Assembly (NCBI GenBank): GCA_043228905.1
Contig: JBHGNT010000004.1
Coordinates: 25,482,001-25,546,000, forward strand
Direction: 5' to 3'
DNA: 64,000 nt
Source of the DNA: Azolla caroliniana
Taxonomy: Eukaryota > Plantae > Polypodiophyta
Shown: in pieces, positions 23,766 through 37,324 of the stretch
Layout of the letters: each line of letters starts with the position of its first letter
How positions within the stretch are numbered: position 1 is the stretch's first letter
Position numbers and translations under genes: made by a program
The notes under the pieces: generated by a model
Told to the model about the DNA's origin: nothing
Databases searched by the model: none
What the model saw: the letters and a program-made list of their open reading frames with translations, nothing else

Positions 23766-26010
23766 ATGGATATGAACATGAATTCCTCTCAAATTGTGGG
23801 GGACATCGATATGGACACAATTGATCCAAAACAGAGTAATGTGATGGTTGAATGAGGTTGACAAGGATCATTGTAATTGGGATCATTTATGGGGAATTGC
23901 CAATACCTTGTTGTCTAATATTGTGGAAGAAAATGAAAGTGCACCGAAAGAATGCATTGAGGAGGATGTGCATGATGTGAAAGTTGATGCTAAGGCAATG
24001 TTGCAATCTTTTGATGTATTCTATGATCGTGCGGTTATATTGTTTTTTACCGGGAACCTTCCATACATTAATTAGATTAAACTATGGTTGAACTCAATCT
24101 TGTCACCAAATTGTGTTGAAAATATATATATGTAGGACCTCGAGGGTTTTATGATGTAGTGTTTTGTTCACTAGAACATCGAAGTGCATTGTTGGCCAAA
24201 GTTCCTGTGTTTTTTTATAAACGATTGGTGCATGTAATGCAATGGTCCCCCGTTGTGGACTATCATGCTTTGTTAAAACAAGAATGCCCCGTTTGGGTAA
24301 CATTGGATTGTAAGCATGTTTTTTTATGGCCACTTTTACCAGATTTGAGTCAAATGGGTAAAGTGTTGGTATCTCCACATGCAAATGCTACAAATAAGTG
24401 TAGATTTTGGGTGTTACGGGATACAAGTCGTAAGAGGCTAGGATGGGTGCGTGTGAACATACCTGGTATGAAAAGACTTTGTTTTAAATTGAAGTGGGAG
24501 ACGTTTGCAGGTCATTGTTTTGGATGTGGTGAATGGGGTCACTTTATGGCGGAATGCCATCGTCATTGCCCTTCAGCTATAGAGGTTCCTAATGAAGAGA
24601 ATGGTAAGGAAAGAGTTGGGAGAGATGCTAGTGTGTCAAATATTGTGGTTGTTATGGATGAAGGAACATCATCTAGAGAGCGAGTTATAAAGAGGTTTCA
24701 CTTGAAGGTTTGGGCCCTAAAAATAAGGGAGCTCAATCTGCGGATATGGAAAAACAAAGTTTGGTGGTGATAGAAAAAGGAAAAAAACCATTGGATAGAA
24801 CTAGTAGTGATGTTGTTGAAAAGCTTGGCATCAACTTAAGGGCAAGTCGAAGGGGAAATCAATGAATATGCAACGTAATAGTTTTCCCACTACTCGTGAG
24901 ACTACTTGGAAAGGTAATTCAGGAACTAGAGAGGATCCTCGAAAAGTTCCTTCACAAAGACAATTGAGGGATAAGGGATTGCCCCTTCACCTTCAGTTTG
25001 ATTCATTGGGACGGGTTGTAAACTCATCGAATTCTCGAGGTTTTCGTCAAGCGGGAGAACCTAAACAAAAGATTTTGATAGATGGCCCTAAGGATGTGGT
25101 GCATGAAAATCCATATGCAACATTGGCACATGCTTTGACTAGTTTCATGACATCGGTTGCTCTAAAGGAGCAAGTGCGCCCATAACATTGTTGATTGAAT
25201 GAAAGTGGTAACATGGAATGTGAGAGGGGCATGTTCTCCTCATAAGAAGTATATATATTATTGCAAACTTTGTTAAATAAAGAATGGGATGCATTATGTG
25301 CAATTGAGCATAAGTGTCATGAGTTAGAAGGATCCACAGTTCATTTGCGTGGATATTCATCATTCTATGCAGGACATCTTAATAATCATTATTCAAGTGT
25401 GGTATTAATCGTGTGAGATAAATATTATCCTAAGTGGTGCATAATGATCCTTATAGTCGGTTTTTGGTTCTAGAAATCACTTTTTTGGCAAGGTTGTGTG
25501 GGCGGTTGGGATTTTATGCCCCTAACCAAGCCACGCAACGTATTGCATTATGGGGCTCACTTCGTCAAACCCTATGTGTGGGTCGTCCAAGATTATTTAT
25601 GGGTGATTTTAACATGTGTGTTGATGCATCTCAATCTACATCTGAACATTCAATCTTAGATGATCCTGAGCAACTTGCTTAGGATTCATTAGCTATGGAG
25701 GTTCTAAAGTTGGATGTTTGGACATGGTTGCATGGGAATGATCCAAGTTTTACTTTCCAATCCGCTCAACATAGACAAACATGGAATTGGTTAAATAGAA
25801 TGTATGTGATGCGCAATGATTCTTTTTTACCAACATCACTTCGTATGACAGTTTTACAAGATGTAGGAACTTTAGACCACTCCCTTATTTGTTTGGAGGT
25901 TTGTGGTCATGCAATTGACATGTATAAGTCTTTACTTGGAAAGCCTCCATTACGCTTTAACTCTTCTCTTTTGCTTCAACCTCACTTTCAAGATTCTCTC
26001 ATGGAGCATG
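23766..26010 (+). mobile_element. L1-type LINE, 5' part (ORF1 + APE endonuclease), decayed
   Basis: ORF1 zinc knuckle CFGCGEWGHFMAEC; endonuclease motifs FYAPN, FMGDFN, LNRMY, LDHS. Multiple stops. Confidence 0.8.
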
Positions 26011-26076
26011 TCATTATGCTAAATTCCATTACCGATAGAGAGCGCAACAATAAAAACAATTTCGCTTCTCCTTTCC

Positions 26077-28320
26077 CTCTCTCTCTCTCTCTCTCTCTCT
26101 CATTCACACACACACATAGAGGTAGCAAATTGCAATTCACAAGAAATAAGTCTTTATATATAGGCATTTCTTCATATAGTCACTAGTGTGTAGTAAACAA
26201 TCATCCTTATTCAAAGTTGAGAACATCCACACAAATAGTTTGCTCCTCCAAAAGGCTTAAGATCATGCATACAAATAGATTGCTGCTCCGAAGGCTTCAA
26301 ACATGATTTACCATATCATACCACATGGTAAAACAACCCTTCCCTATATATTCCCCACTATATATGTACACATTATAAACCTAAAACACAACACTCAAAC
26401 AAACTAGTAAGGTTTTTCATCTTGGATTATTGACTGAAATATCATAAATGTGGGTTGCCCAAGAGAATTTGAAATCTTCATTTTCGGAAACTCAAGCATC
26501 AACACACGTGATGGTTTATCTTGGAGTATAAAGTGTGTGTAAAGCAAAAAGACTTTCAGCTCATTAAACGGTCATCATCGCCAACGAGTCATTTTGTGCA
26601 TTGGGGGCCTCACGTTGCGCTTCACGGCGCCATTTCCATCGCAAGAAGATCAATGCGGCAACCACGAACAACCAATACGAGATGTACGCTCCCAAAGTCC
26701 CCTGTGTGGCTTCATCACGCCATCCCACCAATGTATTCAACAATGCCCAAATGTTGTTGCCGCTTTGGTGACAACAATTAAGCTTCCACAAGAACGTCTC
26801 CTTCTCCGTGAACTCCTCGAACTCGTGCACCGAGCCGACAAACAACCCCGCCGCAATCACAAGCAATAGCACCGTTGCCACGTTGAGAAAGTACTTGAAT
26901 GCCGTCCGATTGCCCCCCTTGTAGAGGAGGTAACCAACAGCAATCCCACAGATGGCCCCGACAACGGCCGGGATGGGGTACGCGGTGCCAGAACCCTCGA
27001 GCCCGATCCCTCCCAAGAAGATCACCGCCTCCACACCTTCCCTCAACACCACGGTGAACGGGATGAAGAAGAGTGTGTACTTCCCCTTCTTACTCGATGC
27101 GAGGCTTTCGGCGGTATCCTCATCCACCTTGGCTCGGGATGCGTGTTCGGATGAGAGCGCGTCCACGGTGACCTTGGTGAGCTTCTTCTCCCATTTCTCC
27201 CTCCATGTGTCCACCCGGATCATGGAGAAGGCCATGAGTGTGATGAGCACGACCGCGATGAGGCCGAGGATGCCCTCCCACAGGGCCTCCGACTCGTCCC
27301 ATGCCTCCTTGGCCACGGTGTAGTAGAGGGACAGAAAGACGGTGGCGGCCACGAGGCAGAGGGCGAGGGCGAGGCCAACCCCGAGCCAGACCTGGCGCTT
27401 CATGCGCTTGCGGGAGGGGCCCTCGGGGACGAGCTTGTTGATGAGGGCCAGCATGACCGAGAGGATGATGGAGGCCTCGAGGGTCTCGCGGAACAGGATG
27501 AAGAAGGCCGGCACGCTGAAGAGCTCCACCATTGTTCCTTTGCTTGCTTGGGGGAGGAAAGCAGCTGCTACTAAGTGCTACTTGAGCTCCAAATGAATGA
27601 AATTTGTAACAATGTGGGAGAATCTAGGAGGGATATGGACTTGAGGCTAAAATGGAAGAATAGGCTTGTAAGTATCCATGGAGGCGCTGACTTTATATAT
27701 GGACAGTTTGGAATGGGAGCAGCTTGCATTGTAAAGTTGACTTTTGATCATGTGTGGGCAGGGGTGTAGTGCGTATGCATGTCACGTGGTGGCATGTGTA
27801 AACCATCCATGTTATTATAGACTTTGGAACTTCGTTGTAACTTCGAAGTCTTCTATTGTGTGGGAATTTGTTGGTCTCTTCTCTACCAAACGTTGTCGGC
27901 ATATCGAGATTTGGTTCATATGGAACAACAATACCCACGGGCCATTTCTGGTTTTGCATTTGGTAAGAATCGGCTCAAATTCCTCAATTCTTTTACATAG
28001 GATTTATAGGATAACATTATTATACGTGGGCACACATATGCATACACATGTACGCACATATAGGCCCAAGTGTGTCTTCTCCATGTACCTTGTAGTTGTC
28101 ATGTGGACAACAATCAAAATTGTCCACAACAAAGATCGGAAAAACTAGAAGTCCCTTAGGGCGAGGTGGGTATGATGTTCTATTCAATTGATGATATGAC
28201 ATGTGTTCGCCAAGGGAAACATATAAAATCTCTATTTGCCTAATTGATTATCTTGTTAGGAGGTGATCTAGAGGTTAGGAGGGTTGGCAAGCAAGCGACT
28301 AACCAAGTTGCCCTACGGAA
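26077..28320. repeat. Tandem duplication unit paralogous to ~20260-22870 (FTR1 plus flanks)
   Basis: Continuous high similarity from the (CT)n/ACACACATAGAGGTAGC segment through the gene to GACTAACCAAGTTG. Confidence 0.9.
26564..27532 (-). CDS. FTR1: FTR1/OFeT-family iron permease, copy 2 (322 aa, intronless)
   Basis: Same motifs as copy 1; 6 amino-acid differences by eye. Confidence 0.92.
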   Translation of the reverse strand: MVELFSVPAFFILFRETLEASIILSVMLALINKLVPEGPSRKRMKRQVWLGVGLALALCLVAATVFLSLYYTVAKEAWDESEALWEGILGLIAVVLITLMAFSMIRVDTWREKWEKKLTKVTVDALSSEHASRAKVDEDTAESLASSKKGKYTLFFIPFTVVLREGVEAVIFLGGIGLEGSGTAYPIPAVVGAICGIAVGYLLYKGGNRTAFKYFLNVATVLLLVIAAGLFVGSVHEFEEFTEKETFLWKLNCCHQSGNNIWALLNTLVGWRDEATQGTLGAYISYWLFVVAALIFLRWKWRREAQREAPNAQNDSLAMMTV

Positions 28321-28341
28321 GTATTTAACATACTCTACAAG

Positions 28342-29221
28342 CATAGATTGACCCATGCGTGATATTCTTGAGATTCGACATTCGTAATATTCGTGGTATT
28401 CGAAAATAGAAAATGGCCCTAAGAATATTATAAAACCATTCGTTTACATATACATATACACACATACATACATCCACATACACAAACATATATATACATA
28501 TACACACACATACATAGATACATATACACACACATACATAGATACATATACACACACATACATAGATACATATACACATGCATACATATATGTGTACACA
28601 CACATACATCAATAATTAATTAACTCATTAATATAATAATTAATTTACTATTAACTAATTAATTCACTTAAACATTAATTGATTCACTAATACATTAATT
28701 AATTTACAAATACATATCTTAATTCATTAACACATTAATTAATTCATTGGAAAATATTAGTTAATTAATTAATAATCAATTAATGCATTAATAATTAATT
28801 AATTAGGGCTTTGGCAAAACTTAGGGTTTCAGTGAAACTCTGAATTTGCAGCGGACAACAGGATGTAGGATTAGGTAGAGCATGAGAGGGAGTCGATGAC
28901 GCAGGCCGAAAAGAAGAAATTTTGTCGAAATTAGGATTATGACAGAAATTAGGGTTTTCTGTCGAAACCCTAATTTCTGGCCGAGAATAGGATATAGAGG
29001 GAGGCGAGGGTGTAAGTAGCACGCAGAGGGAGTAGGGTGAGGCGTCCTCGCTTCCTGCTGGCCACTGTTCTCGCTCGTAAATAAAACACAATTTTTTATT
29101 TTTTTTTATTTTTTTTAAATTTCAAGAAAAAGAAGGAAACGAATATATTTACGTGTATTCGTATTCCTATTCGTATGGATTCGTGGGGCAGGCTCCACGA
29201 ATGCGAATATGTCAATCTATG
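28342..29221. mobile_element. Non-autonomous hAT element (880 bp)
   Basis: Perfect 11-bp TIR CATAGATTGAC/GTCAATCTATG; perfect 8-bp TSD TCTACAAG at 28334-28341 and 29222-29229. No coding capacity; inserted in a remnant of the 22218-type MITE. Confidence 0.92.
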
Positions 29222-29605
29222 TCTACAAGTATTCTACATGTATTCTAAGTATATAACGTACGTATTCGAAGTATTTTAGAATACTTGTAGAATACTTCGC
29301 ATACATATTCTAGTACACGTATTATATGCTAAGTATTCTACAACAATGATGTGGCCACCGCCACACACATGCATACACATGTACCCACACATAGGCCCGA
29401 GCGTGCCTTCTTCATGTACCTTGTTACATGGGCGACAATCAAAATAATCTAGAATCTAAAGCAAAGATCAACAAAGATCTGTCGAGGGAAACATATAGAA
29501 TGTCTATTTGCCTCATTGATTGTGTTGTTAGGAGATGATCTAGAGGTTAGAATGGTTGGCACGTGAGTGACTAACCAAGTTGCCATATAGAGGAAATGCT
29601 AACAA
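29222..29605. repeat. Third partial copy of the FTR1 upstream region (MITE right half plus flank)
   Basis: Matches ~22420-22865. Confidence 0.8.
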
Positions 29606-30441
29606 AATACAAGTTGTTATACTCATATGACACCCTTTGCTGATTTTTAAATAATACTTTAATTTGTTGATTTGATTACATTAACTTGCGTCAATTTATT
29701 TATGCTAAAAAAACCATTAATATTTGTCACAAACATATTATTAGGGCCTACAATAACTTCTCAAAACTAGGTTTGCCAATAGACTTTGCCATGTCGCTTT
29801 AGAGAGGAAGTTCACAAAAACTTTTTAGAGATGCATAACAATCTATGGGTTACTACTACTACTTCCGAGGCTAGGCCTCTTGAAACAAGAAATATTATTG
29901 TATCATCTTGAAATATACACAAGGGGTTGGTTCTCCAAACAAATGACTCCCCAATGTTTTTTCCTTTGACATATTGCACTTTTAATGAACCTTCTCCTAA
30001 AAAAGTAGATTTCCAAACTCAAATCCAACAACCTTGTAGCTGAAAGTCAAAACTAGTGCAACATCACTTTTCTTAAGCAATTATGCTAAACAAAGAGTGT
30101 GTACTCACATGAACATCCAAACTTGAGGTGTTTCCTACACGAGGTAATTTACTTAGGCACAAACGAAGAAAATCGTTGCTTCATTTGACATTATTCGAGT
30201 TGCAAGATGACGACTTTTCTCTCGTCTTCCTGGATCAGGCGCGAGATGGAGACATTCTTCCATCCTTACAAGGACGAGGCGACGACTCCCAGGCCGAGAG
30301 ATGCCAACATTCCCTAGGTCTATCGGACGGCCAAGCAACAAACTTTCTTCGTCTTCCAAATAGCGAGCTGCTCTTCGTCCATGCAACATTTCTTCATCCT
30401 ACCTTGCAAACCCGTTTATGAATTCCGAAGAATGGAGATTC

Positions 30442-30442
<1 letters not shown>

Positions 30443-30511
<69 letters not shown>

Positions 30512-30625
30512 GTGTGTGTATGTGTGTGTGTGTATGTGTGTGTGTATGTGTGTGTGTGTATGTGTGTGTGTATGTGTGTGTGTATGTATGTGCTATGTGT
30601 CTGTTTGTGTTTGTGTGTGTGTGTG
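30443..30625. repeat. (GT)n/(GTAT) compound microsatellite just upstream of the LAG1 start
   Basis: Direct observation. Confidence 0.95.
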
Positions 30626-30704
30626 AAATGGCCAGAAAAGATTATTCTTCTTCTTCTTTTTCTTCTTCTTCTCCTCTCTGATCTCTAGTATCTCTGTATC
30701 TGCC

Positions 30705-33700
30705 ATGACTGCTTCCTCTGCCTCTGCCTTTGCCTTGGCTTCTTCTTCCTTGTTTCAGATCGAAGGTTGGGAAGATGAAAAGTATCCACAAGTAGAGGAT
30801 TTCGTTATGATCCTCGTCTTCGCACTGTTCTTCCCCGCTGCTCGATTCTTCTTCGATCGGGTCGTTCTTGAGGTATGTTAGAAAACTAGAACATTTTTAC
30901 GTCGCAGGAATATGCTCAATTCTTATTAAGATCGTGGAGATCTGTGATCAGTGAAATGTGTCATAGCGACCTCTCTTTAAGAAGAATCATAAAACAAATG
31001 TTTATACGAAACTTTTCATTTGTTAAGAGATCTGCGGAAGATCTCTGAAAGCTGAATGATACGCCATCACTTAGTATAGCTTGTGTATGTGTGTGGGGTG
31101 TGTGTGTGTGCATATGCATGTTTGTATCTATGTATTCTGAGTGTATGTATGCATGTCGTGGCATGTATATGTCTATATGAATGTGATGTGTATATTTGTC
31201 TGAATGTATGTATATAAGTGCGTGTAAAAATGTGTCTGTGTGTGTGATATGTATGTGTGTGTGGCTACGTGGATAAGTACGTGTATATGTGTATATTCAT
31301 GTATTTGTATACACGGGGATATACATGGGCTTATGCATGTGTATGTTGATATCTCTATATAGTTCTGATACCAGACGTATGGAGAAGCTATTGTATGGAT
31401 CTTTATTTCCTTCTTTTAGGAAACCAAATAATAGTGTAGATAAGTTGTAAAGTATCTAAACCTAACCAAATATTTGTGTCCGAACATAATATAAACATTA
31501 AACATAACTCAGAATCAACATATCTATATTGAACCCTAGATTATTGCTTATTATCCTAGTTTTGGTAGCAAGTAATGACACAATTAAATTTTGACATGAG
31601 TATTCATATTGCGATTAAGACATTAATTATGAAGTAATTTTAACCATAATCATCAAGTCTCATGACAACTCTCAGATTTTTATTTTTGCTCATTTTCATC
31701 CTATTGAATTCATTCTCCCTATTTGGATACGTGTTGTCATTATTTCTGACTGATGCAACTATTTTATTATAATAATGTTGGAATTTCCATATTGGCACAA
31801 ATCTCTAATGAAAAGTTTAAACCAAGTGATCTACTGAAAGAGAGGGTTTATAATCCATCCCAACAGAGTATGGATACAAAGACACTGTGATGTAGTGACA
31901 ATGGTCATATGATATTGTTTTTATATCATGGTAAAGTTACCTAAGAAGACACTGCCTTTGTAGAAAGAAAGAGAGTTCGATTGACTTCCACAGCAAGAAG
32001 AACTTAATGTATGCGACAAACTAATTGAGTAAACTTTAGATTTATGCCATTGGCAAATATGTTGAGAAAAGAAAATTAGCACAAATGATATAGAGAGAAT
32101 GCTGATAAGACAAACCCTGGAAGTAGAGACAAATTTGTCGTGTCACAAGTTTCCTTGGCTATAATGCACTAGAAACGAGAGCAGTTTGAAGTGGTGGGTC
32201 TTGAAAGGGCAGCGGCAAGGAGCGAATGTGTTGCATTTTAAACGGTTTTCCGTTAAGGCAGCCCACTATTAGTGTGGATTTCCACCAACCTCACCCCAGG
32301 TAGAGATCGTAAAGGGAATTATCCTTGAACCTTCAACCATGGCTGATTATTGCTGAGCAAATGATATAGCTGATTGGAAAATATAGATCCTAGCATTACC
32401 CTATCATCAATTCTCCGATCTTGCCAAGGGCTATCCAAGTCTAGGTGGGGAAAGTGTTGTGGAACACAAAACATGTCACCCAGAGGCTCATAAAAGAGAT
32501 TACATACTAATAGCTATCTCATTCCGGTAAAAACGTATCGGCAATAAAGACCATCCTAAGCCTGCCATCCTATTTTATTTGGGGTGTGCTTTCTGTCCTC
32601 CCACCCAACAGCTAAGATTTTAGGTTGAAGAGAATTGCCATGCAAATGACTATCGTTCAGCATATGCGTTGTGACACAATGATTTTTATGGGACTGTTTT
32701 CAAGGACAAACCTCAACATTGTGGACGATTTAATCCTTATATTTTGATCAGAATTGATCAATTTCAAGAGTTCAGGCTCCACCACACAGAATGCCTATAT
32801 TTCCCAAAAGAATTGTGCAGTGGAAACCCGAGACTGGTCACCTTTACAGATGTATATAAACTAGGACCATCGGAAGTAATATCATATGTATCTGAGTTCA
32901 ATAATGAGTAATATCCAAGTACTCTCAAGAATGCACTATCTTTGGTTTCCGTTCTGGAGTGCACACTCATATTGATCATTTAGGAGGCCTCCTTCTCACG
33001 AATGCGCTATCTTTGATTTCCATTCTGGAATGCACCATAGCCAATGCGGATTTTATTACCAAGGATGATTTGTTTCCTTGTTCTGCAATTTTTGCCCATG
33101 TCTGAACATAATGGTTACCCAAACCCTGAATCCTGTGTATCATGATCCCAAGTGTCAACAAGAAATATAATAATAATCAATTCATTAGCTATCTCATGTA
33201 TGCAATGCCCACATTCCATAGGTATCTACACCAATTTAAAATACATAGTTATAGAAGACATGAGTTAATCCCATAGATCACGAGTGCCTATTTGTCCAAG
33301 CACCTTCTTTCCTCATGTATCTTTCTATCTTCTGATACTTGTTCTTTTCTCTTTAGTTGTTTTGTGACGAGCATTTTGTTGTGAGGGAGAGAGAGTAATT
33401 GAGTTATGCTTTTGCAGAGGCTTGGGAAAAGGTTCGTTATAGGATCTACTAAAAACCTGAGCCAAGCAGAGGTTGAAGAACGTCAGAAAAAACATATCAA
33501 ATTCAAGGAAAGTGGATGGAAATGCATGTATTATCTGTCGGGCGAAATATTTGCACTGGCAGTATCATATAAAGAACCTTGGTTCATGGACTCTAGCAAA
33601 TATTTTGTTGGACCAGGGGATCAGATTTGGCCAGATCAGAAAGTAACGTAAGATTCATCATTCTGTAAATGGGAAAACATTTTATGTTACCTCTGAGTTT

Positions 33701-34813
33701 GCCTTTATTTCCCAAATGTCCCTGAGTTTTCAGTACTTCCCCTACCGTGACAAACCCCTAGAAAAGAAAAAAGGGGATGAATTGAATCTGTAATTCTCCA
33801 AATAGTACTTAAAATTGCTCTTTGGAAGTTGACGAAGGGCATTTGGAGAAATAAAGAAAACCTAGAAACAGTTGGCAAAATAAAGAAAAAATTGGGTATT
33901 TCAGAGTTTCTGTTCTTTAAAAAGTGTACATTTTAGGAGCTGACAAAGGCCTGATAAGATCCTTATTTTTCAGGACAAAGCTCAAGACATTGTACATGTA
34001 CACCGGTGGTTTTTACACATACAGTATATTTGCTCTAATCTTTTGGGAAACAAGACGGTCTGATTTTGGTGTTACAATGTCCCATCACGTTGCGACAGTC
34101 ATACTCATTTTGTTCTCATATGTAGCAAGGTATGTACAGAATGCAAAATGTTATACTAGTTCAATCTAGAAACAATTCTGACTGTTTTAACTTTTTCTAA
34201 AGCTAGGTTTGCTCGCGTGGGATCTATTGTGCTTGCCCTTCATGATGCTAGTGATATATTTCTAGAGCTTGGAAAAATGACCAAGTATTGCGGATCCAAC
34301 CTGATACCAAGCTTAGCATTTATAATGTTTGCTGTGTCTTGGGTCGTGCTGAGGCTTTTTTACTTCCCTGTGTGGATAATATATAGTACGAGGTAACATT
34401 ACAATATGTGTTTGTGATAGCACATTTGTAGTATATCTATTAGATGAGACTTCAATTTCCCATCATCTTCAGCTTTTCATTTTTTTTTGCTTGTTTACTT
34501 TGCAGTTATGGAATTTTGCAAACCTTAGATAAGGATAAACACAAAAAGGAAGGGCCCTTGTATTACTATGTATTTAATTCTCTTCTCATAGGCTTGCTTG
34601 TGCTCCACATATACTGGTGGGTTCTGATCTTTAGGATGCTTGTGAAGCAAATCCAAGCAAAAGGAAAGCTAGGAGAAGATGTTCGTTCGGGTATGTGTTC
34701 ACTCGTCTATATTCTTGTCATTGAACTGAAAACTTGCTTTTTGATTGCCCTTTTTTAAATGAAGAATGATATGAAATGCAGATTCAGAAGGCGAAGATGA
34801 CAAAGAGGATTAG
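30705..34813 (+). CDS. LAG1: LAG1/LOH-family ceramide synthase (TLC domain), 6 exons: 30705-30872, 33418-33647, 33974-34129, 34207-34392, 34506-34690, 34782-34813 (318 aa)
   Basis: All introns GT-AG; summed length 957 nt in frame. Motifs [12 protein letters not shown], Lag1p motif [15 protein letters not shown]...LHDASD, and C-terminal DVRSDSE. Confidence 0.93.
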
Positions 34814-35731
34814 AGGACAAACACTATCAAAATGGTCTGTTAGCAATTCACAAGCTAGTTGAAAGATATAAAGTGTGCTTGCAGTGGATTATGGTTGTGA
34901 GCCATATTCACTTAGCTGTGGGAAATGGGTGGGAGTAACAATTTATACTATTGTGAGGAAGATGAAAATGATGCCTATGGAACAAAAGTCTTCCAAACCT
35001 CTTTGCAAGCCATTTTGAAAACATCATTTTAACCCATGTGTTGTAATCACACCATTCACACTGTTTTTGTTTGGAATAAGAGGGTCTCTAACATCTCCGG
35101 ATCAATTATTGCATGTCGGAATCTTGTAAAAAACAGGTTTCTAAAGTTTTATTCTTTAATTTTCTATTCTACTCTGTTACCATCTCAAGGGAGAAACATA
35201 AAATTAAATATATGTGGACCAATGCTACCGTTTGTGATAGGGTAAATTGGTTTTTAGCACCCACGAGATACTGAAGATTCTCCTGTGGATGTGAGGAGGC
35301 CTAGCCACCTAGCCCATGACAAGGATCAAACTTGGGTTCCATGAGTTGGCAAATGAGCAAAGAGCATTGTTCTTGTTGGGGGATGGTCTGATTCTTAAAC
35401 TTCTTGACAGCTACCACAACCTTGTTAAAAAAAATCATACCTAACAATGACATATACAGAGTATTCATCATTTCTAGATGTTTTTGATCCAAGAGGATGA
35501 AAGAAATTTTCTTTTGTAGCTTTTCTATTGTAAGCCTAACTTCGGTGAGGCAATTTTGCCACATTGTGCCTTTGACTAACTGAGAATGAAAGAAAGAAGA
35601 GAAATCAAAACTTCCATGACCCGCCGTTTGAAAATGAGAGCAGGTGTATTTGGACTTGATATGTAAATATAAAACCGGTCAAAATAAGAGCTCATACAAA
35701 GTAAAACACAGTAAAAAATGACAACCTTCAA

Positions 35732-35805
35732 TGTCCGAACCCAGACTCGAACTGGAGACCTCTAGTGTGTGAGACTAGCGTGATAACCAACTACACCATC
35801 CGGAC
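35732..35805 (-). tRNA. tRNA-Val (CAC)
   Basis: GTCCGGATGGTGTAGTTGGTTATCACGCTAGTCTCACACACTAGAGGTCTCCAGTTCGAGTCTGGGTTCGGACA folds as a cloverleaf with A and B boxes and a CAC anticodon. Confidence 0.95.
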
Positions 35806-36127
35806 GTTAGTAACTAACATTTTATCACTTCATATAATATATACAGGATTTACTATTAAATTTTAAGCAATAAGTGCAAATCATATATCATCCTTTTTTC
35901 TTCAAAATATTGGACCCGATGTTTTCATTCAATACCCCTCCTAGGTTAAAACCACCAATGACTACAACAAATCGTCTCATACCCCAATGCTTCCATTGTA
36001 TAGTCTACATGACAGCTCAAAATGATGCAATTCATAAAGAAAATGTAGTCGTGAATCGTGATTTTTATTAAACGGTTTCTTAAAGCTCCAATGCATTGTG
36101 CTATGAGAATTGATCTCGCTTGATAAG

Positions 36128-36556
36128 TGCTCTTTCATAAGTTGTGCTTCATTGTACAGCATTACCAGGGCTATCAATGCTCTTTCATAAGTTGTGCTTC
36201 ATTGTACAGCTATGCCCGCATCTTGTCAAGACTAGTACGCAACCAATTTATTCCTCCATTCATTCGATACCACCATAGTAAATATGATAAAATTAATCAG
36301 GATTCCTGTTTAAGTCAAGTCTGCATATTTTTGCAATGCCCAACGAAAATAAATATTTCATCTCATTTCATAAGTTGTGCTTCATTGTAGATCATTACAA
36401 GGTAATGGCCGCATCTTGTCAAGACCAGTAGGCAGCCAAATTATCCCTCCATTCATTCAATACACCATAGTAAATATGATAAGATTAATCAGGATTCCTC
36501 TTTAAGTCAAGTCTGCATATTTTTGCAATGCCCAACTAAAATAAATATTTCATCTT
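36128..36556. repeat. Local tandem duplication (~190-bp unit plus a partial unit)
   Basis: tttcataagttgtgcttcattgta occurs three times; ccgcatcttgtcaagac...aaatatttcatct occurs twice. Confidence 0.8.
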
Positions 36557-37324
36557 AAATTTGGCCCAAGGCTAATTACAAAAGTTGAAAGAAACACATT
36601 ATATTTCATGAAACAATGATTGCTTAATCTTCATGATGCATAGCAAAATTAAAAAACATAATCATAGAAAAAATAACCAAATTTCACACAGTAGGGTCAG
36701 ACAAGTCTTACCCACTACCACCTATCAAAAGTTTCTCAATACAAAGGCAATCAAACTTTACTCGACAAATAATGCCAACAGAGTATCCCACCAAAAGATA
36801 ATTGCAGAATACAAGTTATTCAGCTACACATTTATATATGAATCTTCATAACGAATACTTATTATAGCAGAATGAGGATACTCCAAAGAATGATTCAAGG
36901 AATGTAAGGAAATAGCGGAATGACGATACTCCAAAGAATGATTCAAAGAACAAAGGCACATTAACAACACTTCATAGTAGTTTTGATATTAATTGGCACA
37001 AAACAGTTAAAATTGCACAGCTTAAACAGCCAAAAGAATACAAATGTTCCCTTACGACCAGATCATCCAATGCCAACTAAATCGCAGTTACTTTATGCAG
37101 CTAATATACACATATTTCCAAAAACACACTACTGAACAATATAAATTTGATCATTTCACTATTTAGTATCAAAATCTGAGTTGCAAACATTAATTGGACA
37201 AAAAATCTCCTACTAGCTCAGAGTACGCTGCTATTACAAATGTGGAACTCACAACAGGAACATAGATTAAAGCCCATACTGCTCCTACATAATCTCGCAA
37301 CATCATAAAAACATGAGGGAGAAC

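Noticed and set aside
20741-27532. Fungal or bacterial contamination as the source of FTR1
   Set aside because: The flanks share MITEs, a LINE and a LAG1-upstream fragment with neighbouring plant sequence.
30381-30688. Cys/Val-rich ORFs (also 22877-23193 and 28325-28612)
   Set aside because: They are translations of (GT)n microsatellites.
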